A stretch of 64,000 nt of DNA from an uncultured Phycisphaerales bacterium (GTDB taxonomy: Bacteria; Planctomycetota; Phycisphaerae; Tepidisphaerales; Tepidisphaeraceae): NCBI GenBank assembly GCA_963844715.1, contig CAWJPJ010000007.1, positions 608,001-672,000 of the forward strand, in the 5' to 3' direction. The notes beneath the pieces were generated by a model. The model saw only the letters and a program-made list of their open reading frames with translations. It was not told the origin of the DNA and did no database searches. Position numbers and translations under genes: made by a program. This document shows, one piece after another, positions 1 to 9,625 of the stretch (position 1 is the first letter of the stretch; the number at the start of each line of letters is the position of its first letter).

Positions 1-232
1 CTCGGGTCGAAGCGCGCACGCCTTGCGAAATGACTCGATCGCTTCCTTCGATTGCCCCGACTCCTGAAGGGCGATCCCCAAATGGCTCCATAGCGAGGGC
101 GAATCCGGCCGCAGCGGCAATCCCCCGCCGAAAGCACTGCACCGCCAGATCGAAGTTCCGCTGCTGAAGATGGGTTTGGCCGAGCCGCTTGAGCGCGTCG
201 GCGTCTTCGGCATGGATGAACGGCTCGCTCAC
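1..232 (-). CDS. TPR-repeat protein (runs off window start; frameshift near 115)
   Basis: Manual translation: MSEPFIHAEDADALKRLGQTHLQQRNFDLAVQCFRRGIA/LRPDSPSLWSHLGIALQESGQSKEAIESFRKACALRP, two TPR-like repeats; GTG start overlaps the proC stop. Confidence 0.7.
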   Translation of the reverse strand, partial: MSEPFIHAEDADALKRLGQTHLQQRNFDLAVQCFRRGIAAAAGFALAMEPFGDRPSGVGAIEGSDRVISQGVRASTR

Positions 233-1041
233 TTGCCCAATTCCCGGCTGCGCTGCGCCGCGGCCTTCACCGCGGCGACCGTGATTTCGCCCCATTTCCG
301 CTCGTCCATGTGCGAGATCGCCGCATGTGTGGTGCCGTTGGGCGTGGTGACCCGCCGGCGGTGCTCACCGGGGGAATCGGCCAGGCGGCTCATCATCTCC
401 GCCGCGCCCGCCGCCGTCTGGATCGCCAGCGTCCGCGCCTCCACGTCCGAAAGGCCAAGCTCAACACCCGCGCGGATGAGTTGTTCGGTCAGATAGAAAT
501 AATACGCCGGCCCCGAGCCGCTCACCGCCGTTACCGCGTCGAGCTTTTCCTCCGAGACTTCGATCACCTTCGCCGCCGGTTCGAATATCTTGTGTGCCGC
601 CGCCAAATCGGCCGCGTCGGCATGGCTTCCGCGCACGATCGCCACCATTCCCCGCCCGACGAGCATCGGTGTATTCGGCATCGCGCGCACCACGCGCCAG
701 TTCTTTCCGCCTCCCAGGATCTGCTCGATAAAGCCGGTCCCGATTCCCGCGGCGATCGAAACAATGAGCGTTTTCTCATCGATCGCCCCGCGCAGGGATT
801 TCAACACCTCTTCCATTTGATACGGCTTGACCGACAGAAGCACCGCCCAGGCGCCGGCGACCGCGTCCGCGGGGTTCTCCACCGCGATGACCCCCAGCAC
901 CGACTCAAATAAATTCCGCCGCTCGGCGGAAACATCCGCGGCGACGATCGAATCGGCCGGTGTCTTCCCCCCGGCGAGCAAACCGCGCACGATCGCCTCG
1001 GCCATGACTCCGGCGCCGATCACCGCTATCTGATGAGGCAT
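229..1041 (-). CDS. proC: pyrroline-5-carboxylate reductase
   Basis: IGAGVMA Rossmann motif; VRAMPNTP, TAVSGSGPAY and VTTPNGTT motifs. Confidence 0.97.
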   Translation of the reverse strand: MPHQIAVIGAGVMAEAIVRGLLAGGKTPADSIVAADVSAERRNLFESVLGVIAVENPADAVAGAWAVLLSVKPYQMEEVLKSLRGAIDEKTLIVSIAAGIGTGFIEQILGGGKNWRVVRAMPNTPMLVGRGMVAIVRGSHADAADLAAAHKIFEPAAKVIEVSEEKLDAVTAVSGSGPAYYFYLTEQLIRAGVELGLSDVEARTLAIQTAAGAAEMMSRLADSPGEHRRRVTTPNGTTHAAISHMDERKWGEITVAAVKAAAQRSRELGK

Positions 1042-1080
1042 ATTTAAATTGTCGAGATAATCCCGCGAGGATGCAATCCG

Positions 1081-1784
1081 CTAATCCAGGTAGCCGCCGA
1101 TCGCTTCCTGCACCGATCGGGCGCCGTGACGATGAGGGTTCCGTTCCAGAACTCGATGGTCGACGGTCCGCCCCCGTTGTCCTTCCAGATTTCCGGCCGG
1201 ACCGCGTTCTCGATGAGCTTGATCAGCTTCGCGGCTCGATCCGCATCGGAGCCGGTCGTCCCCGAGGCCTGTCCTCCGCCGCTAATGGCGCCGCTCCCGC
1301 CGCCCCCTCCACCCCCGCTCCCTCCGCTCGATACGTTCACGCTCGGCAATGTCGGATTGAAGGTATCGTCCAGCCCGATCAGGTCTTCGATGTTATAAAC
1401 GACCGTAACGAGATGCTGATCCGCTTCGGTTCGGGTCGTGATCTGGATCACGTTTTCTTCGACATAAAACGTCAGCGAATCCCCGCCGGCGGCCTGGGTG
1501 AGGAGCAGCGAAAGAACCTTCCGCATTGGCACATCATGCAGCGTCGCCGTTACCGGCGTCTGCCGACTGATGCTCACGGCTTCCAGGGTCTTCCAATCAA
1601 CGTTGAAATTCGCCCCGGTCAGATCGCTGAGCATGTCGATCGCATCGGCCAGGGGCGTCGATTCAAATTTTACATCGGGGATGACGGTCGAGAGAGCCAA
1701 TCGCGACGGGCTGGGCACCGCCGAGGCGCCACGGGCGAGAATGCCCAAAACCAGCAACGCGATGGGCAAAAAGAAACGACGCGT
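1081..1784 (-). CDS. exported STN/secretin-N-terminal-like domain protein (frameshift near 1115)
   Basis: Signal peptide; FESTPLADAIDML...VPMRKVLSLLL STN-like segment; Gly-rich loop; corrected C-terminus SVQEAIGGYLD with stop at 1081. Confidence 0.65.
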
Positions 1785-1800
1785 ACGAACTCCTCAATCC

Positions 1801-2130
1801 TCAACTCAGCGGCTTGCCCGTATAGGGATCAAACCTTGCTTGCGGAGCGGCTGCCTCTTCGGGGGAAGCCAGGGGCTTTCCAGTATAGGGATCGAATTTA
1901 TACCCCGCCGGCAGCGCCGGACGATCCGTCGAATCGGACGGCTGCCCCGATTTCTTGACCGCCTGGTCCATGTCGTCTTCGATCCCCGCAAGACCCTTCT
2001 TGAATTCGATAATTCCCTTACCCAGGCTTCGCCCCACTTCCGGCAGGCGCTTCCCAAAAAGCAGCAACGCCACCAGCGCGATCACCACCCAATTTTCTGG
2101 TCCTAATATATTCGCCAGCGGTAAGTACAT
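1801..2130 (-). CDS. tatA: twin-arginine translocase TatA/E subunit
   Basis: TM helix followed by LLFGKRLPEVGRSLGKGIIEFKKG. Confidence 0.93.
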   Translation of the reverse strand: MYLPLANILGPENWVVIALVALLLFGKRLPEVGRSLGKGIIEFKKGLAGIEDDMDQAVKKSGQPSDSTDRPALPAGYKFDPYTGKPLASPEEAAAPQARFDPYTGKPLS

Positions 2131-2176
2131 TTTGTGCCAGATCCTTCCAAAATTAAACGCCAATACGGTTTAACTA

Positions 2177-3196
2177 TTATAGGGTTGGGCCTATCGGCTG
2201 GCCACTGATTTTGGCGATGAGCTGCCTCATATCTTCTGGAATCGGCGCTTGTAACGTCATGGGTTTAAGAGTTCCAGGGTGAACAAAAGTGATTTCGTAG
2301 GCGTGCAGAGCCTGTCTTTCGAAGCGAAAACCGGGGGCTTCGTAGATTTTACCCCCATAAATCATGTCGCCGACGATCGGATAGCCCAGCGCCGACATAT
2401 GAACGCGTAACTGATGGGTCCGGCCCGTCTTGGGGGATAGCTTGAGCAGGGTATATGCGCCCGGTTGCGAACTGAGCACCTGCTTGACTTCATACTGCGT
2501 CACCGCCGGGCGGCCGCCGTTCGACTCTTTTCGCACCGCCTGCTTCTCGCGCACATATCGGTCTCTTCCAATCGGCAGGTCGATCACATCCGCCAGCAAC
2601 TCCGGCACACCGTGAATTACCGCCATATACGTCTTTTGAATCGTGCGATTTTCAAACTGGCGTGCCAATCGCCAATGTGCCTCGTCGCTCTTGGCGACCA
2701 GCATGACGCCGGTCGTATTCCGATCCAGCCGATGCAGAATTCCCGGCCGCCAGTCCCCGTTCACCTGGCTCCATTTTTCCCCGTAGTAAACCAGCCCATT
2801 GACGAGCGTCCCGCTCCATTTCCCTCGCGCCGGGTGGACGATCAAATCCGCCTGCTTGTTCAGCGCCAGAAAATGTTCGTCCTCGTAAATGATGTCCAGC
2901 GGAATGGGTTCCGGGACCAGGTCGTTGACCGGCTCGGGCGGGGCGACCATCCGTACCAGGTCGTCGGCCTTGATGTGATAGCTTGCCTTGGTGACCTTGC
3001 CGTTGACGGTCACCAGTTCCTCGTCGATCAGACGCTGCACCGCCGATCGAGAGAGCCACGTCAGCCGTTCCGAAAGAAACTGGTCGATTCGCCTGGTTTG
3101 GGTCTTCGAGGCGCGAAATTCGAAATGCAGAACATCCGCTTCCTCGCCCTCGGAGTCGTCGCCTGGCGCGGACGGGATATCGGGATCGCTGCTCAC
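2177..3196 (-). CDS. RluA/RluD-family pseudouridine synthase
   Basis: N-terminal S4 domain; HRLDRNTTG catalytic motif; TGRTHQLRVH; QALHA. Confidence 0.95.
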   Translation of the reverse strand: MSSDPDIPSAPGDDSEGEEADVLHFEFRASKTQTRRIDQFLSERLTWLSRSAVQRLIDEELVTVNGKVTKASYHIKADDLVRMVAPPEPVNDLVPEPIPLDIIYEDEHFLALNKQADLIVHPARGKWSGTLVNGLVYYGEKWSQVNGDWRPGILHRLDRNTTGVMLVAKSDEAHWRLARQFENRTIQKTYMAVIHGVPELLADVIDLPIGRDRYVREKQAVRKESNGGRPAVTQYEVKQVLSSQPGAYTLLKLSPKTGRTHQLRVHMSALGYPIVGDMIYGGKIYEAPGFRFERQALHAYEITFVHPGTLKPMTLQAPIPEDMRQLIAKISGQPIGPTL

Positions 3197-3218
3197 GATA
3201 TTGTATTTTACCCCGGAT

Positions 3219-4019
3219 TTACCGGGCGGTGGGGCGAACGGCCGAGCCCAGGGGCGCGGGCCGCGTCGCCCCCATGGGCGGCACGTTAATCGCCGGCGGG
3301 TGCTGCAATTTGGCGATCAATTCCAAACGGGTATTGGCGTAACCCTTGTATGCCTGCGTAGCGTTCGGATCGTCGATAACCGCTTGATATTGCTGCTTGG
3401 CGACATCCCACTGCGACGAATCGGGCGTCGAGCCCGAGACGGCCTGATCCTCCGCGACAGCCGCCAATCCGAAACGCGCCGCGGTCGCCGCGTATGTATT
3501 ATCTGAATAATCCGAAAGCACCTGGGAATAGGCGCCCTGAGCATTGCTGAGCAGCTCGAGCGTTCCCAGCTCCGGCTTGAGCGATGGACGCGTCGCCGAC
3601 CCGGGAAGGTCCGGCATGTCAGCCAGGGCGAAGTTCAAATCGCCCTTGTAAAGCAGCGCCTGGGCTCGCAGCGCCGGATCGGTGCCGCCCGCTTCATCCA
3701 GCGCGGTGTCGCAGTGTTGCAGGCCGTCCGTATACCAAAGACTCCGCTGCTGGGCGGCCCCTTCTTCCTGGCCCGGGGGAACCACCGATAGATTCTCGAG
3801 CTGGCGGAGGCTGACCATCGCCTCGGTCAAATTCAGCCGCGCATCCTCCAATCGCTGAGCCGCCGAGTTGCTTCGATATTTCAGCCAGATAATCAGCAGT
3901 GAAATGGCGATCACGACGATTGCGATGCGCGAACCGTGTCTCCGGGCAAATGCCGGGAGGTCGTAAACCGCTTGGATAAGACTGTTTTGCTGCAGCTCAT
4001 GCCGCCGCTCTGATTTCAT
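3219..4019 (-). CDS. single-TM TPR-like protein (YfgM-like)
   Basis: MKSERRHELQQN start, one TM helix, then helical TPR-like segments. Confidence 0.6.
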   Translation of the reverse strand: MKSERRHELQQNSLIQAVYDLPAFARRHGSRIAIVVIAISLLIIWLKYRSNSAAQRLEDARLNLTEAMVSLRQLENLSVVPPGQEEGAAQQRSLWYTDGLQHCDTALDEAGGTDPALRAQALLYKGDLNFALADMPDLPGSATRPSLKPELGTLELLSNAQGAYSQVLSDYSDNTYAATAARFGLAAVAEDQAVSGSTPDSSQWDVAKQQYQAVIDDPNATQAYKGYANTRLELIAKLQHPPAINVPPMGATRPAPLGSAVRPTAR

Positions 4020-4082
4020 GGGATGCGGAAGTGTAATGAGCCCCCAGTAACAAAGCAATTCAGAGCGCTTCAGGCCGCCCGA

Positions 4083-5918
4083 TCAAACCAGGGCATCTTC
4101 GCTGGACCGCATAAACCGCGAGAACCAGGCATTCCGCTCGATCAGGTCTCGCACCGCCCCGTGATCCATCACGCGCCCCTGTTCGAGGATATAAACCACG
4201 TCCGCCTGCCCAATCAGGCTGGGCCGATGGCTCGTCAGGACGGTTGTTCGACCGGCCATCAGGCGATCCAGCGCCGCGATGATGGTCGCCTCGCTATCCG
4301 GTTCGACGCTGCTGGTCGGCTCATCCAGAAGCAGCAGGGTTGGATTGGCCAAATACGCCCGGGCGATGCTGATGCGCTGTTTTTGCCCGCCGCTTAGGCG
4401 CACGCCGCGCTCGCCCACCTTGGTGTCGTAGCCATTGGGCAGACGTGCGATGAATTCATGCGCGTTCGCCGCCGTCGCAGCGGCGATCACCTGTTCCATC
4501 GTCGCTTCGGAATGACCGTACCGGATGTTGTCCAGAACGCTGTCATTGAAGAGAAAGCTCTCCTGCTGCACCAGTGCGACATGCCGGCGGAAGCTCTCTC
4601 GCTTCACCGAACGGATGTCCCGCCCATCCAGCAGGACTTCTCCCTCAGTCGGATCATAAAACCGAAGCAGCAGATTCAATATCGTGCTCTTTCCCGATCC
4701 GCTCGGACCGCAAAGGGCCACCGTGTTCCCCGGCTCGATGCGAACGTCGACATTATGCAGCACGATCGGCTGTAATTTGTCCGGCGAATCCCCCGGATAT
4801 CGGAACGAAACATTTCTCACATGCATCGCCCCTCGCACCTGTTCGATGGCTATCGCGTCCGGCGCATCGGGCAATTCCTCCGGCGCATCCAGCACTTCAA
4901 ACACGCGCCCGCCCGCCGCCCGAGCGCGCTGGACAAGATCGCTTAGCCGCGCCAAAGTCTGGACGGGGCCGAATAATCGCCACCAGTACGCACGGAAGAT
5001 AATGAGCGTTCCGATCGTGAATCGTCCATGCGGATAACGCAAAAGCAGGTATCCGCCCACCCCGATCATGAAAACATTGCTGAAAAACCCCACCGCGTTT
5101 GTGAAGGGGAAGAATAGATTCCTCGCGGTGATGGCGCGGAGTTGCTGGCGGTAATAGGAGAGCGTCGTGGCCTGAAACCGCTGCGCCTCCTGCTGCTCGC
5201 GGTTGAAGATTTTGATCACGGTCACGCCGGATAGATTTTCCTGAAGCCGGTTGGTGACATCGCCCGCCGCCTGCCGCGCCGCCGTGTAGATCGGCCGCAC
5301 TTTCGCGTTGAAATATCGAAGCATGAAATAGACGATGAGCAGCGGCGCGAGCGAAGACCCCGCCACTTGCCAGCTCATGTAGAGGACGATCGCGACTGTC
5401 GCAAGCCAAAGACCGCCGTCTCCGATGATCAGGTCGATCGAATTGACCACGAAGTTCTGAAGCTCATCGACGTCCCCCATGGCCCGGCTGATCATGTCGC
5501 CGCTCCTTTGCCGCTGCAAATATCCCAGGCTTTGGGATTGCAGCTTGTGATAAACCAGATTTCGAAGCCGATAGACAAATTTCTGCGCCGACCGCTGGAG
5601 GATCACCGTGCTGATCGTGCTGGCCGTAAGGCTGAAGACATAGACCACAAACATCAACACGACGGACGAAATCAGGAGCCAGTACAAATCCGTGATTCGT
5701 CCATGCAGGGAGATGACCCACGCCAGCACGCTTCTCCCCGCGGTGTGCTTGACGATCAATTCGTCGACGATGTATCCCCAGATAAAGGCCGGAAACAGTT
5801 CGCCCGGCATGGACACAATCAGCAGGACCAGGGCCGCCCCGATCCACGACCACTCCGGGCGGAGCATCCCGCAAAGGCGGCGAAAAACCACACTGCCGGT
5901 GGGGGTCGTTTCCTTCAT
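4083..5918 (-). CDS. ABC exporter, fused permease/ATPase (MsbA-like)
   Basis: TM domain plus GPSGSGKST, LSGGQKQR and LLLLDE motifs. Confidence 0.95.
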   Translation of the reverse strand: MKETTPTGSVVFRRLCGMLRPEWSWIGAALVLLIVSMPGELFPAFIWGYIVDELIVKHTAGRSVLAWVISLHGRITDLYWLLISSVVLMFVVYVFSLTASTISTVILQRSAQKFVYRLRNLVYHKLQSQSLGYLQRQRSGDMISRAMGDVDELQNFVVNSIDLIIGDGGLWLATVAIVLYMSWQVAGSSLAPLLIVYFMLRYFNAKVRPIYTAARQAAGDVTNRLQENLSGVTVIKIFNREQQEAQRFQATTLSYYRQQLRAITARNLFFPFTNAVGFFSNVFMIGVGGYLLLRYPHGRFTIGTLIIFRAYWWRLFGPVQTLARLSDLVQRARAAGGRVFEVLDAPEELPDAPDAIAIEQVRGAMHVRNVSFRYPGDSPDKLQPIVLHNVDVRIEPGNTVALCGPSGSGKSTILNLLLRFYDPTEGEVLLDGRDIRSVKRESFRRHVALVQQESFLFNDSVLDNIRYGHSEATMEQVIAAATAANAHEFIARLPNGYDTKVGERGVRLSGGQKQRISIARAYLANPTLLLLDEPTSSVEPDSEATIIAALDRLMAGRTTVLTSHRPSLIGQADVVYILEQGRVMDHGAVRDLIERNAWFSRFMRSSEDALV

Positions 5919-5956
5919 TACTGGCATTCTACGCCAGAAAACGTCGATATCATGGG

Positions 5957-7450
5957 GTGCTCACCATCGCGGCTACCATTCCTGCTCGCAAGACCCGCAC
6001 GGTAAGCCCCTTTGTCGGCTTTCTCGCGATTTCGGCCCTGATAGCCCTGGTAGGAGCCGGGAAGGCGATCCTGGCGGACACCCTTGATCCGGACTGCTTT
6101 TGGCACCTGCGTGTCGCCGATGAACTGGCTCGCCAAACCTGGCCCGGCCCTCTGGTTGACGATCTTTCCTTTTCGTCGATCAGGACCCCCTGGACTCCCT
6201 ATTCATGGCTGGCCGAGCTGGCCATGAAAAAGTTATGGGACATCGGCGGGTATCGCGCCGCCGTGATCACCCAGGCGGTTATGCAATGGACCTTCCTCAT
6301 GATGATCGCCCTGGCCGCCCTCGAGGCCACGGAGCTAATCACCGGTCGGCGCAAATACCTCGCCTCGGCGATCGCTCCCTTCGCGGCGGGAATTCTTTCC
6401 CTCGCCTATTTGAGCTTCCGCCCCGTCGATATGGCGATGGTGCTTCTGGCGATCATCGTCTGGCTGCTCCTTCGAGACCGACGACTAAACCAACAATCGC
6501 GCGCCGTCTGGCTCGCGCCACTTATCACGGCGCTGATAGCCAACCTGCACTTTTATTCGCTCTTGGTTCCTCTATGGACCGGCGCCCTGCTGGTCGGGGA
6601 CGCCATCGAAAAACGCCCAGCGCGCCGCAATGGGGCATTGTTCCTGACAACGCTGGTCGGCTCTCTAATGACCCCGATGCTCCCCGGCACCTTGAAATCC
6701 GTCTGGAACTACTCCTTCCACGACGTCATGGTCACCTCGGGCCACATCGCCGAATTCGGCCCCTTCTACGGCGGACTCATGGGCCAAATCTCCCTCGTTA
6801 TCGTCTGCCTCACCCTCATCTTCGCATTCTGGAAACGATCGCAAATCCGATGGGGCGAAATCCTCTGGCTCACCGGTAGCGCCGTTCTGCTGCTAAAAAT
6901 GGGAAGAATGGCCCCGGTCTTTGCGATGATCGGCTGTCCGATTCTGTCCGCCACGATGCCCGATTTGTCCGACAGGATTCTAAAAAAGCCGCCGATCGTA
7001 ATGGGCACCGCCCTGGTGCTTCTGATCGCGTTCGGGAAATTGGTTCTTGCGCTACCGCCCGCGAATATGCCCATCTCCCGATGGCTCAATCGCAACGGTC
7101 CGGACTGTCCGTCCTATCCCTGCGGCGCGGCCGACTTTGTCGCACAGCACGTCACGTCGCATTCCGGCCGGCTCGTCTGCGAATTCAGTTGGGGCGGGTA
7201 TCTCGAGTGGCGCCTGCCAAAATATCAAATGCTGATGGACGGCCGCACCCAGGTTTTCCCGCCCGATTTCTGGCGGGCGACCTTCTTCGGGTCGCCTGAA
7301 GACCACAAGCGGATCATCCAGCAAAGCAACGCCGATGCCGCCGTGCTGCCCAAAAGGCGCAGCATGTTCGGACAAACCCTGGCCGATTTGAATTGGAAAA
7401 AGGTGTTCGAGGACGACTACGCCCAGGTCTGGCTCCCGCCAAAACCCTGA
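5957..7450 (+). CDS. polytopic membrane protein, GT-C-type glycosyltransferase-like
   Basis: About 11 hydrophobic helices; DPDCFWHL in first loop; C-terminal soluble domain with WGGYL and DGRT. Confidence 0.55.
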   Translation: MLTIAATIPARKTRTVSPFVGFLAISALIALVGAGKAILADTLDPDCFWHLRVADELARQTWPGPLVDDLSFSSIRTPWTPYSWLAELAMKKLWDIGGYRAAVITQAVMQWTFLMMIALAALEATELITGRRKYLASAIAPFAAGILSLAYLSFRPVDMAMVLLAIIVWLLLRDRRLNQQSRAVWLAPLITALIANLHFYSLLVPLWTGALLVGDAIEKRPARRNGALFLTTLVGSLMTPMLPGTLKSVWNYSFHDVMVTSGHIAEFGPFYGGLMGQISLVIVCLTLIFAFWKRSQIRWGEILWLTGSAVLLLKMGRMAPVFAMIGCPILSATMPDLSDRILKKPPIVMGTALVLLIAFGKLVLALPPANMPISRWLNRNGPDCPSYPCGAADFVAQHVTSHSGRLVCEFSWGGYLEWRLPKYQMLMDGRTQVFPPDFWRATFFGSPEDHKRIIQQSNADAAVLPKRRSMFGQTLADLNWKKVFEDDYAQVWLPPKP

Positions 7451-7451
7451 A

Positions 7452-7946
7452 TTATCCCATCGACTCGGCGTATTGCGCGATGTATTGCGGCACCGGGTAG
7501 TGCTTCATCAAGAATTCCCGCAACTGCATGCGCTCGGCGATCATGAAATAAACCGGCTCGTCCAGCTTCTTGCAGGAGAAGTTCACCGCGCGCACCAAAT
7601 CCTGCGCGCTGGTCGCAACGTTCAAATTATCTTCCTCACGATTGATCGGCAGCATGTGAAACTGCCAAGCCTGCCGGCGGTTGATCTGCCGCAGGCATTG
7701 CTCGTCGATCCGCTGCTGGTTGAGGTCCACCACGCCCGCCACGCGCACGTACTGTTCCACCCAGGCGTCTTCTATTGCGCGGGGATTGATCCCGTACAAA
7801 CGCTCGGCCAGATCGCCGAACGGACGGTGCGACATCTTCTGAATTTTCAATACGTGCTGCACCTGTTCCGGTGTCAGAACGCCTTGTTCGATAAGCAGTT
7901 GACCGATTTGAATTCCAGGCACTTGAGACTCCTCCTTCTTGTCCAT
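7452..7946 (-). CDS. stand-alone MshEN/GspE N-terminal domain protein
   Basis: QIGQLLIEQGVLTPEQVQHVLKIQ resembles the MshEN motif; no ATPase domain. Confidence 0.75.
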   Translation of the reverse strand: MDKKEESQVPGIQIGQLLIEQGVLTPEQVQHVLKIQKMSHRPFGDLAERLYGINPRAIEDAWVEQYVRVAGVVDLNQQRIDEQCLRQINRRQAWQFHMLPINREEDNLNVATSAQDLVRAVNFSCKKLDEPVYFMIAERMQLREFLMKHYPVPQYIAQYAESMG

Positions 7947-8042
7947 GATGTATCGGTACAAACACGGCGGCCCTCAAGTTATCGAACGCGCTATATGACC
8001 GGAAAAATCGGAACAAACTAACAGCCGGCTTGATTGCGTCTG

Positions 8043-9002
8043 CTACTTTGCCGAAGACGAAGAGGGGAACTGCTTTGGCGTGTGAGGGGGATTCCAAACC
8101 GACAGCACGGCCGAAACGTTATCCTCCAGCGGGGCATTGCCATCCAGCCAGTGCACGCCCGGAAATCTTTTGAACCATTTCATCTGCCGCCGGGCCAGCT
8201 GCCTGGTCGCGATCTTGATTTGCTCCGCCGCCTCGTGGAGATCGAGCTTCCCGTGCCAATAATCCGCCAATTCCTGGTATCCCGCCGCCACCCGCGCCGT
8301 ATCCGATAGGGCGGGATATTGCATCAGCAGATCGCGCACTTCATCCACCCACCCGGCGTCGAGCATGTCCTTCACCCGCGCGTTGATCCGCCGGTTCAGC
8401 GGCTCGCGATCCCATTTCAGCCCCACGAACACCGCCTCATGCCGCGGCGGAGCGCCGGACTCCCACTGCTGCTGTAATTCCGAGATGGGTTTTCCCGTAA
8501 GCTCGAAGACCTCGAGGGCCCGCACCAATCTTTTTCTATCCGCGGAATTAATGCGTTCCGCCGCCGCCGGATCGGCGCGGCGGAGTTGTTCGTGCAATTG
8601 CTCATCCGTCATGGCTCGTAGCCGCTTGCGAATCGTCTCATCCGCTGCCGGACCATCGAAGAGTCCGCGAAAAAGCGCCTGAAAATAAAGCGGTGTCCCC
8701 CCGCAGGCGATCAGCGGCCTGTACCGGCTCTGACAATCCGCGATCACGCGATCCGCCAGTTCCACAAATCGCGCCACACTGAACGATTCGTCCGCCCGAA
8801 CCCAGTCGATCAAATGGTGCGGAATCTCGTGCCTCTCGGCCAGCGACGGTTTGGCTGTGCCGATATCCATCCCTTGATAAACCTGCATTGAATCGACGCT
8901 GAGAATTTCCCCCCTGCATTTGCGCGCCACGGCCGTGGCCAGGGTGCTTTTCCCCGAGGCCGTTGGCCCAAGAATGACCAATAATGGATTTGTGACTGTC
9001 AT
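8043..9002 (-). CDS. miaA: tRNA dimethylallyltransferase
   Basis: GPTASGKS, DSMQVYQGMDIGTAKP, GGTPLY, TRQLARRQMKWF. Confidence 0.97.
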   Translation of the reverse strand: MTVTNPLLVILGPTASGKSTLATAVARKCRGEILSVDSMQVYQGMDIGTAKPSLAERHEIPHHLIDWVRADESFSVARFVELADRVIADCQSRYRPLIACGGTPLYFQALFRGLFDGPAADETIRKRLRAMTDEQLHEQLRRADPAAAERINSADRKRLVRALEVFELTGKPISELQQQWESGAPPRHEAVFVGLKWDREPLNRRINARVKDMLDAGWVDEVRDLLMQYPALSDTARVAAGYQELADYWHGKLDLHEAAEQIKIATRQLARRQMKWFKRFPGVHWLDGNAPLEDNVSAVLSVWNPPHTPKQFPSSSSAK

Positions 9003-9116
9003 TTTCGTCGGACGGACTGCCGTTTTTGCGGATGGTTCGGCCGGGACATTATTCGGCCCTCGATTGTAACTTCAAGATTCTCAATCAAGTGCGAACGAGC
9101 CCGCCCTCCCGCCGTC

Positions 9117-9132
9117 TGGCACGGAGTTTGTA
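9117..9132 (+). promoter_or_regulatory. sigma54-type -24/-12 promoter of hsp20
   Basis: TGGCACGGAGTTTGTA: GG-N10-GT, near consensus TGGCACG-N4-TTGC; AAAGGAGG RBS follows. Confidence 0.6.
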
Positions 9133-9164
9133 ATTACTATTTCCACTGAAAGGAGGTTGCTGTT

Positions 9165-9613
9165 ATGGCATTACCTACACTCGTTCGTCGTGGTTTGGAC
9201 CCTTTAGAGCTAGCCCAAAGAGAATTCGATGGCATGCTCGGACGCCTTGTCGGAGGCAGATTCTTTGATGGTGGCTCCAATGCCGCCGTCTTCCCCGTGG
9301 ACGTACGCGAAGACGCGGATCACGTCTATGTCGAGGCCGAATTACCCGGCTTCAAGAAGGAAGAGGTCAACGTTGACCTGGAAAACGGCATGTTGACCGT
9401 GTCTGCCGAACACAAGACCGAAACTCAGGAGAAGGGCGCAAGAAAGGCGATTGGCTTCTCCACGAGCGCCGCTATGACCGGTTTGCGCGGAGCTTCACGC
9501 TCCCCTCAACGGTCGATGCACAATCCGTGCAGGCGAAGCTCAATGAGGGCGTCCTTACGGTTACGCTCTCCAAGCGCGAAGAGACCAAACCGCGCAAGAT
9601 CACGGTTTCGTAA
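9165..9613 (+). CDS. Hsp20/alpha-crystallin small heat-shock protein (frameshift near 9440)
   Basis: FPVDVRE...AELPG...; shifted frame gives FARSFTLPSTVDAQSVQAKLNEGVLTVTLSKREETKPRKITVS then stop. Confidence 0.93.
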
Positions 9614-9625
9614 ATCGAACGTTGT

